Virus record (IMG/VR): IMGVR_UViG_3300047539_000055
Length of the DNA: 64,000 nucleotides
From: a virus
Taxonomy: Duplodnaviria; Caudoviricetes
Reading direction: 5' to 3' (one strand)
Part shown: positions 56,364 to 64,000 of the stretch, one piece after another
Position numbering within the stretch: position 1 is the first letter of the stretch
Layout of the letters: each line of letters starts with the position of its first letter
Program-made: the position numbers and the translations under genes
Notes under the pieces: model-generated
Database searches by the model: none
The model's input: only the letters and a program-made list of their open reading frames with translations
What the model was told of the DNA's origin: nothing

Positions 56364-57374
56364 TTATACTTTTTTCAAATTTTCTAAAATCATACTTTTA
56401 ATCTTAAATGAGTTTTCTAACCAGTCATCTTCCCAAAAGGAAAGCAACTTGATATCATTATTAAGACACATTTGATATTTGTATTTATCCTTTTTCCAAA
56501 TTTCTGAAACCGCTATTTTCCCACGGTTTGAGCGAACCATATCAGTTGGTTTATACAATTTTGGATTTCCATGCCAGTAATTTCCTTGAATCTCAATGGC
56601 CACTTTATATTCTGGTAAATAGAAATCTAATTCCTTTGGCTTTATTTGTTTCATATCATTTTGCTTAAATTCTATATTATTTTCTTTTAACCAATTTGCT
56701 AATTCAACCTCATAACAAGAACGAACTCTTGAAATGATATTCAATCCTAACTTACGATGATAAACAACAATTGTACTTTTACTAACATTTAATTTATCAG
56801 CCATTTTTCGAGTTCCTAAATTTAATAACATTTCAGAAAATTTTTCTTTATTGTTTAATGTTTCACGAGCAAGTTCAGTAAAATGTACTTGTTTTTCGTG
56901 TATAACACCATAATCAGAGATACAATTTTGTTGTCGAGTATTAATTTGTTTTTTCATTATATCTTTATTACCATTAGCACTTATCGAACCATATCGCATT
57001 AAACAAGTTTGTTTTGTTTGTTCTTGAATGGTTGATAATCCTTGTATTCCTAGAACTCCATACTTATTCAACATTGTCTTATTTCTATTGTCAATAGTAC
57101 ACTGACATGATACTTTACAATTGAATTGAGAACCCTTTCTACTTTTTTTGAATTTTTGTTTTAATCCGTATGGACAAATTAACTTAAATCCATTGTGTAA
57201 TAACAACCAAACTTTTGCTGACAGCGATTCTGTTTCGTTAGGATAATTCTTTTCAAATTTAACTTTAATAAATGAAACTAATTCTCTGTCTCGTTTAATC
57301 GCGTCAATTGCTCTATAATGGCCAATTTCTTGAATTCTTAATACTTCGGCAATAGCAGTTTCTTCTGTATACAT
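56364..57374 (-). mobile_element. Free-standing PD-(D/E)XK/Vsr-like homing endonuclease between sheath and tube
   Basis: T.L.KYGV repeats; ELDFYLPEYKVAIEIQGNYWH...K...C...I.L...WE.DW. Confidence 0.75.
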
Positions 57375-57420
57375 AATGGTAACATCCTCTTTACTAACTC
57401 TATTTAGCCTGATACAAAAG

Positions 57421-57449
57421 AAAAAGGCTGGGATTATCCCAGCCTTTTT
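57421..57449. terminator. Terminator after the sheath gene
   Basis: AAAAAGGCTGGGA-TTA-TCCCAGCCTTTTT. Confidence 0.8.
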
Positions 57450-57466
57450 AAGTTATTTTGGTTTAA

Positions 57467-60400
57467 TTATCCGGCGGTTACGCTACTTGTTGTGATAACG
57501 CCCTGTCCAACCAAGGTTAATGGAATATAAATGAATTCCACAGCGGTTGTTGGAGCAATAGCAACATCGACATAAAGTTCATTTGCGTCAATGGTTGCTG
57601 GTGTATTGTTTGTCAAATCGCATACAATTGCGTAATCAGTGATTCCACGAAGTGCTTGAAGACCCTTGAGGAATTCTCCAATCTGGTATGAAATTCCGGA
57701 ACGAGTAATGGAATCGTTTTGTTCAAATACATACTGTCCACCAATCGTGTTAAGTGCGCCACGAAGATAGATAACCAAACGAGCCACGTTGATACGGCTG
57801 AGTTCTGTATCCTGACCGCTACGAGTCTTCTGTCCGTAAATCTGAATACCACTAGCTTGGAAATTGCTAATTGGGTTCACATATGCAGGATAGAGAACAT
57901 CGCGCAAGGCTTTGGAAATACTGTTAGTGATGTAATCGCCAGTCTGACCATCAACATAACCAAGAGAGCTAACGTTTGTTACTACGCCTCTACGTGGTCC
58001 TGCTGGTGCAAACCAAGGATATGAAACTGCATCACTTTGAATGATGGTTGGTAATGCCATATAAGCGGCTGGAACAACAATTTCATTACCACTAAGATCG
58101 GTGGTTAGACCGGCAGGGTAATAAACTGCTGCGTAATCGTAAAAGGTTACCAAACCATCAACTCCATCAGTCGTTGCTTGATTGAGATTGTTGGCCCAAG
58201 TATTCAAAGCATTTGCATTGGCTTGTAGTGTCAATGGACTGTCGGAAACAATAAATGCTGTTTCACCGCGAGCTTCATTGAGAGAAACAAGCGTTGGCAG
58301 AACCTCTGGATATCCTGGAACTGTCATTAGATTGAAATTGTAAAATTCATCTTGAATCTGCGTGCTATTTTCAACAGCAGAGATAAGAGCCTTTACAACC
58401 ACGTTGCGTTGTGCTGCACTTCCTTGATATGCAACTCCGCTTTCATTGTTTCCACTTAGGGTTACCCAAGTATCGGCAAAAGGAACAGCGTCAGTCACAG
58501 TAAAGTGATTAGCATTGAACTGCTTCACATTCATTCCGCTTCTGCGGGTGTTGAAGAGAAGAGTTCCACGAGGAGACAAAGCATAAATTGGTGCATCGGT
58601 ATCCAAAGCAACTGGAGTGATGGTTACCAATGTGCTGATTGGTGTAAGAACACCCAAACCTGGATCAACATTACCATAAGCAGACCAACGAGCGTCAGCA
58701 AAAATGATACCATTGCTGCTGGTATGATCGGCATTATTGATTTGTGTCCAAACATTGCCAGTGCTAAAGCGATAGATGTTTGGAAGTGTATCCAAATCTG
58801 AAGTATTGAGCCATAGATCGCCATAAGCAAGTGCATTACCATTGTTTTGAGTCAATGGTGCAGATGCGGCGGCAATTGGCCCACTTGCATCAGTCAATGT
58901 TAGATTGAATCCACGAGCATCAGCCGAAACTGTCTTATAACTTGCCCACGCGCTACCAGTATTGATCAAAATATCGGCAACGGTTGGATCATCATAATAC
59001 CAGATTGTCTGATCTGCTGGATCAGCGGTTGGTGCAACACCACCAACGACATAAGTTGGTGCTACCCAATTGCTCTGCTTACCAACTGTGAATCCAAGGG
59101 AAGCAAGAGGAGTATGTGTTCCATCATATAGATAGAATGTTGCTCCATCAGAGTTTTCAATGTAAACTTGGTTAGTTGCATTGATTCCAGAAGAAATTCC
59201 TGGGATTGATGCGCTGTTTACTGCGGCAACCAAATTGCTTGGAAGTGTACCAACAGTTGTAATTGTAACATTACCCAAGAACGTGTTGTTTCCTTCTTCT
59301 GCACTATTGATGTAGAAAATAGAATTGGCAGTAAGGGTGGTAACTGCGCTATTGGCTGTTCCCGTTGCAACAACTGGCCCAACAACACGCTCCAAAAGAA
59401 CCGAAGCTGCGTTAGAACCGAATGCGCCATCTTCCAAATACAATGTTCCTGCTGGAATATTGATACCGCCGCCAACTGGATCAAGTTGATTGTTGATAAC
59501 TGCATCATTGAGTGCAACAATTACAGCATCAACAGACCAAGAATCACTGGTTGAATTGAACTCACGAACAACAATGTTTGCACCCTCTTGCTGTGGAGTT
59601 GTGTTGAACCATACTGAATCTGTTGGTTCTGGTGTGGCATCAGTTGGAAGCCATTGAGGAACGTCTGTAAATGGACTTGCCTGATATGCTGGTGCAAAAT
59701 AAGTTGCAGCCTTGATACCGACATTTCCAAGAACCGAAACATCGCCGCCAACAACTACATTGCCGTTTCCACCGTTTCCAGAATCATCAACAAAAATGGC
59801 GAGACGGCCGGAAATTGCGGCTGCATTTACGCCTGTGATATCTGCTGCGTTGATTCCGCTTACAATAGCAGACAAGTTGTTTGCTGTGAAGCCAACGTTA
59901 GAACCGTTCAAAATGATATTGCCAGTTACCGTTGGACTAGTGTTTGCTCCAATAACAGTAGCAACAGTATCTTGCCATGCCAAAGAACCAACAAGCACCC
60001 AAGTTCCAAGATAATTCTGATACCAAACTGGATTGCTTGCGGCAGTTGTAACTACAGCATAATCACCTGGCTTTCCGATTGAAGAAAGTGGCTGGCAGTT
60101 TGAACCAAGGAATGCAGTCAACGGACTAATATTTCCAGTGGTCTGGTTTACGCTGGTAATAACGAATAACTTACCGTTTCCAGATGCATTTGCTGGAATA
60201 ATTGGAGAGAATGAAAGAGATGCTGCATCCCACTCAAACAAACCCCAATCTGTTGCCGAAGTATCAAGCCATAGAGTATTGTTTGGTGGTAATCCAACAG
60301 GAGCGGTGAGTGAGCCAGAAAGTGCGGCCAAATCAACTGGCGCTCTCATAATATAGGCGGCATCGCTTACACCAAGAGCAGAGTAGGCAGTGATTAGACC

Positions 60401-60673
60401 ATATTCATTTTGTTCGCTGGCATTGACAGGAGTTCCCTGCACTGTTTCAAAAATTGGTGCGCCGAAATCATTGATTAGGCTACGCTGACTTGTTTCCAAA
60501 ATCATTGTTCCAGCGGTGTTTGCTGTTGTGTATTGTGCAAGGGTACTGCTTTGGTTTACTTTGTTTTCTGCTGTTGCCAACAGAATGAATGGAACTGTAC
60601 CAGTTGGTGCGCTTGTAAACTGGGTTTCATCAACCACAGTTACTTGGACGCCAGGCGAGATTAATGTACTCAT
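57467..60673 (-). CDS. Contractile tail sheath protein (gp18-like) with large central insertion
   Basis: LISPGVQVTVVDE, PGYPE, YPWFAPAG.RRG, VNPI, GQKT, RINVARL, FEQND, EFIYIP. Confidence 0.95.
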   Translation of the reverse strand: MSTLISPGVQVTVVDETQFTSAPTGTVPFILLATAENKVNQSSTLAQYTTANTAGTMILETSQRSLINDFGAPIFETVQGTPVNASEQNEYGLITAYSALGVSDAAYIMRAPVDLAALSGSLTAPVGLPPNNTLWLDTSATDWGLFEWDAASLSFSPIIPANASGNGKLFVITSVNQTTGNISPLTAFLGSNCQPLSSIGKPGDYAVVTTAASNPVWYQNYLGTWVLVGSLAWQDTVATVIGANTSPTVTGNIILNGSNVGFTANNLSAIVSGINAADITGVNAAAISGRLAIFVDDSGNGGNGNVVVGGDVSVLGNVGIKAATYFAPAYQASPFTDVPQWLPTDATPEPTDSVWFNTTPQQEGANIVVREFNSTSDSWSVDAVIVALNDAVINNQLDPVGGGINIPAGTLYLEDGAFGSNAASVLLERVVGPVVATGTANSAVTTLTANSIFYINSAEEGNNTFLGNVTITTVGTLPSNLVAAVNSASIPGISSGINATNQVYIENSDGATFYLYDGTHTPLASLGFTVGKQSNWVAPTYVVGGVAPTADPADQTIWYYDDPTVADILINTGSAWASYKTVSADARGFNLTLTDASGPIAAASAPLTQNNGNALAYGDLWLNTSDLDTLPNIYRFSTGNVWTQINNADHTSSNGIIFADARWSAYGNVDPGLGVLTPISTLVTITPVALDTDAPIYALSPRGTLLFNTRRSGMNVKQFNANHFTVTDAVPFADTWVTLSGNNESGVAYQGSAAQRNVVVKALISAVENSTQIQDEFYNFNLMTVPGYPEVLPTLVSLNEARGETAFIVSDSPLTLQANANALNTWANNLNQATTDGVDGLVTFYDYAAVYYPAGLTTDLSGNEIVVPAAYMALPTIIQSDAVSYPWFAPAGPRRGVVTNVSSLGYVDGQTGDYITNSISKALRDVLYPAYVNPISNFQASGIQIYGQKTRSGQDTELSRINVARLVIYLRGALNTIGGQYVFEQNDSITRSGISYQIGEFLKGLQALRGITDYAIVCDLTNNTPATIDANELYVDVAIAPTTAVEFIYIPLTLVGQGVITTSSVTAG

Positions 60674-60783
60674 GGCTTCTCCTCTCTAGTGCTACTATCA
60701 AATTGTCTATGCTACCGTATGACAATATTTATCATACAACATCAAAACAACCTGTTTTAGCGAGGCATTGTCAAAAGTATATT

Positions 60784-61473
60784 TTACACAAACAAAGCAT
60801 CTATGAACTTTATCTTTTCTTGCCGAAGAAGGTTATCCAACTTCAAATATAATTCTTCCAAAGTTCCATTGTTTTCAATTTCAAAATCCATTTTTTCGTT
60901 TACCCATCCCCACTCACTAATATGAACATCTGGATATTTTGAATCCATTGAATTTTCAAAGCCGCTGGATTCATCACCATTTTCATCAAAGGAAATGTCG
61001 CCAGTAAGCAAAGTGTTTTTAGCGGTAGCATACCATTCTGGCAATTCACCACGACGAATATTGATTAAAATACCCTCTTGTTGGCGTATAAGTTTCATTT
61101 CATTTGCAAAACGGCAATCATCAATAACAACATCCGAGTTATTATTTACCAATTTGTTTTCAAGAGAGGCAATCCAAATATCTGGATGAAAGTTATTACG
61201 ACAAACCTCTGTTCCCCATTGCTGTAAAACCCATCTTGGTGTAAGTCCACGAATTTGAAGTTTTTCACTCCACCATGGATCAACAGTTTCCCGCCATTCC
61301 CTGCTTTCTGGAGTTAACCCTTGTAATAGTTCAAATGACCAACCAAACACTGCTGAAACAGCTTGCTTAAGAGAATCCGCAAAACTGAGTCGTTGAAAAT
61401 TATATTTTTGTTGAAGATATTCAGATGCGGCATTTTTCCCGCTGCCTATAAAACCACAAACACCAATAATCAT
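60784..61473 (-). CDS. Deoxynucleoside monophosphate kinase (T4 gp1-like)
   Basis: IIGVCGFIGSGK, SFADSLK, TPRWVLQQWGTE, DCRFANE, H.SE. Confidence 0.92.
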   Translation of the reverse strand: MIIGVCGFIGSGKNAASEYLQQKYNFQRLSFADSLKQAVSAVFGWSFELLQGLTPESREWRETVDPWWSEKLQIRGLTPRWVLQQWGTEVCRNNFHPDIWIASLENKLVNNNSDVVIDDCRFANEMKLIRQQEGILINIRRGELPEWYATAKNTLLTGDISFDENGDESSGFENSMDSKYPDVHISEWGWVNEKMDFEIENNGTLEELYLKLDNLLRQEKIKFIDALFV

Positions 61474-61504
61474 AAAGTCCTTTGGATATTTCTAATATGC
61501 TATG

Positions 61505-61533
61505 AGTATACTATGATAGGAATAAAAATACAA
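61505..61533 (-). promoter_or_regulatory. sigma70-like promoter for the dNMP kinase
   Basis: Minus strand TTGTAT-N17-TATACT. Confidence 0.6.
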
Positions 61534-61559
61534 GCTAATATATCAAGGAATCCATTCTT

Positions 61560-62330
61560 TTAGCCAATGATCAATGAAAGTGGTTGTTCACCAAATCTAA
61601 AATTACCAATATCTTCGTGAAGCTTATCTATACCAAGCTGTGCTTCTGCTTTCAATTGTGCGCCATTCAATGTAGTTCCGCCGCCGGGTCCAGGAATTGT
61701 TCCAAATTTTTCACGAGCTTGTCCAAGTTGCCATTTACATAAACATAATACATATTCTTTGATGAAGGTAAGACTACGATAGTCAGTAAGCAATTGAACC
61801 AAAGGACGCATATTATATGTTTGGAGGAGCAAAGTTTCATTAGTACCGTAAGGACGGCGAATCAAAGTCAATTTTTTGGTAATTGAGTTGAAATTAAAGT
61901 CGATCTGCCCTCCAAACATACGGTCAACTTGGAATTCATAATCTTTGAACAATTCATAATTTAGAACACCACCAGCACGACCACTGTTCAAAATGTAAAC
62001 ATTCAAATAACCTTGGCTAAATGGATCAATTTGAGTTCCGGCATTACCAAGATCACCAAGACTTCTACGCCAAATCTGACGAACATATTGAACTTCTTCT
62101 GGCATCGTATAAATCTGAACGTCACGTTGCGTAGTAAGAAACGCAAATGACTCCTCAACTGCCGCAGAACTTCTGGTTTGAAATACTTCCACCGCCCGAA
62201 TTAAGGCGTTTTCATAATGGGCGGGTTCCAATTCAACTTTTGTCATTAAATCACCAAGCATTAGTTTACAGAAATCAAAAACTCCAGTTTTAAGTTTTGC
62301 CAAATCCACTATATTTCTCTCTTCGGCCAT
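61560..62330 (-). CDS. Neck protein (T4 gp13-like)
   Basis: LG....VEL...HY, LGQAREKFGTIPGPGGGTTLNG..LK.EA. Confidence 0.88.
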   Translation of the reverse strand: MAEERNIVDLAKLKTGVFDFCKLMLGDLMTKVELEPAHYENALIRAVEVFQTRSSAAVEESFAFLTTQRDVQIYTMPEEVQYVRQIWRRSLGDLGNAGTQIDPFSQGYLNVYILNSGRAGGVLNYELFKDYEFQVDRMFGGQIDFNFNSITKKLTLIRRPYGTNETLLLQTYNMRPLVQLLTDYRSLTFIKEYVLCLCKWQLGQAREKFGTIPGPGGGTTLNGAQLKAEAQLGIDKLHEDIGNFRFGEQPLSLIIG

Positions 62331-62356
62331 AAAATTCTCCGTAATTTCAATAGTAT

Positions 62357-63307
62357 TTATTTCTTTTTACGATTTCGCAAAATTCCCATACCTAACATAA
62401 AACCAAGATCAATACAAAATTGAAGTTCTTCTTTATTAATATATTTTATCATTTGACCATTGTTAATACATATTTTGCCAATATGTGCCAATGAATTTTT
62501 ATATTTACTCTCCTCCGATGATATAATTCCTGTTTTAGCTAACCCCATTTTTTTGCGAGTTTCTTCAGAACGAGTAATACCAGTCAGGGTGTCTGATATC
62601 TTCTTTTTAATTTCTTCCTTCATTGGCCCTAATCCTTTACCTTTACGACCTTTTGATAAATTTTTTCGTGCTTCTACTGATACTATTTTACCCATATTTT
62701 TATCGGCAATTTTTTGTTTCGTCACAGCATCCATTGGAAATCTACCCTGTTTATATCCCCTCACAATATATGATTCTAATGAATATTTTTCGATTCGTTT
62801 TTGTTCTAAACCATTATTAACCCATATTCTATTCTTAAATCTATTTGATTGATCTTTTTTAGACTGTTCACTTTGAGATAATCCTCTTTTTATAAATCCT
62901 TTGGATTCATATTCTGGCCAGTCTTGTAAAGATATCTTTTTTTGAATTTTATCTTTGATAACCGATATTTTCCCTGTAATACCAACCGTTGAAAAATTTT
63001 TGCCACCGTTATGTTGATTATACCAATTTGGATTATTAGCTGCGTTCATTCGTAAAAGAAATTTATTTTCGTGTTCTCGACAAGCTTCAGTAGAATTGAA
63101 AATTCGTGCCACTCTAAATTCAAAAATATTGACACCCTCAGTTTTTATCAAATGTTTAATAATTTTACTTCCTGAAAAATAAGAAGTCCAAAGATGTTCT
63201 GGTTTACATCCTTTAGATGTTTTACACCCATAATATTTCATTTTGGTTATCTTATGTCTAAGAAAATAAGTAAATGGTGTTCTATCTCCCGCTAAAAATG
63301 ACGACAT
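62357..63307 (-). mobile_element. Free-standing Seg-like GIY-YIG homing endonuclease with NUMOD3/NUMOD1-like repeats
   Basis: PFTYFL...KYYG...YFSGSK...E...L...WYN; WVNNG and SEETRKKM repeats. Confidence 0.8.
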
Positions 63308-63412
63308 ATAAATTTCTCCCATTAGTATATACCTATTTATCTTATTAGGTGGTAAAATTTGTGACTATTACAAAATATTTTAATACCACTAAATATGATA
63401 GAGGCAACGAAA

Positions 63413-64000
63413 ATGGGCAGGATTTCGCTTTGGGAAAATGAAAAGCTGGGAATGGATTTCAAGTGGTTTGATGCCCATGTGCTTGAGCAATTCACATATG
63501 GTGGCCTAGATGCATACATCCATAAATATTTGGGAGCCGCCAACCCAAACGTGACAAATGATGCCACTCAACCAATTTACCCAAATCTATCAGCACAAAA
63601 CATTCAAGATTTACTTTTTCAGGAAAATCGTGATAGAATCTATGACAAAGATATCTATAGACTACGCTGCCATTTCAATGTGCAAGATTTGGATTTGGAT
63701 TTAAGTCAGTTTGGTTTGATGATTGCCAGCGGAACCCTATATATTACATTCCATATGCTGAATATGGTTGAAACTTTTGGACGCAAGCTAATGTCTGGAG
63801 ATGTTCTGGAACTTCCAAATTTGAAGGAATTCTATAGCCTAGATGAAACTGTTCCAATTGCATTGAAGAGATATTATGTGGTACAGGAAGGAACTAGACC
63901 TGCCGGTGGATTTTCTCCAACTTGGTGGCCTCATCTTTGGAGAGTAAAATGCACTCCTCTTGTTGATACTCAGGAATTTGCAGGTATTCTCAATCAAATT
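63413..64000 (+). CDS. Neck protein (T4 gp14-like), 3'-truncated by window
   Basis: Hand translation MGRISLWENEK...IHKYLG...IQDLLFQENRDR.YD...DLSQFGL...ITFH...GRKLMSGDVLELP...WWPHLWRVKC; TAAATA and GAGG upstream. Confidence 0.8.
   Translation, partial: MGRISLWENEKLGMDFKWFDAHVLEQFTYGGLDAYIHKYLGAANPNVTNDATQPIYPNLSAQNIQDLLFQENRDRIYDKDIYRLRCHFNVQDLDLDLSQFGLMIASGTLYITFHMLNMVETFGRKLMSGDVLELPNLKEFYSLDETVPIALKRYYVVQEGTRPAGGFSPTWWPHLWRVKCTPLVDTQEFAGILNQI

Noticed and set aside
1-64000. Stop-codon reassignment (alternative genetic code)
   Set aside because: Core genes are full length in code 11, and TAA, TAG and TGA all end genes at expected positions.

Overview
AT-rich 64 kb segment of a large T4-like (jumbo-type) myophage, standard genetic code. 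Left (1-26.6 kb, + strand): primase end and gp41-like helicase, then a dense early/accessory region under sigma70-like promoters. This region holds an RNA/tRNA repair kit (Pol-beta-type nucleotidyltransferase, metallophosphoesterase, CCA-adding/HD enzyme, PseT-like PNK, RNA ligase) interleaved with two paralog arrays of 60-100 aa proteins. Middle: gp32-like SSB, UvsX, UvsY and an AAA ATPase. Right (mostly - strand, TAAATA late promoters): gp15, terminase, gp4, tail tube, sheath, dNMP kinase, gp13, gp14 and three free-standing homing endonucleases. The most notable candidates are: (1) about 35 small early proteins on at least four unrelated scaffolds that all end in the same short helix ([DE]E-x-x-[MV]L-[FWY/K]-[MLK]-[LF]E), suggesting a variable-domain plus constant-docking-tag system; (2) seven late-expressed paralogs (one decayed) of a T7 gp0.7-like protein kinase with head-protein-like MKIxE[LF] leaders; (3) two giant zinc-finger polyproteins punctuated by prohead-protease-like sites; (4) several candidate structured RNAs. 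Two genes resemble Acidobacteriota proteins, which hints at the host. All calls come from motif reading and recall; no searches were run.
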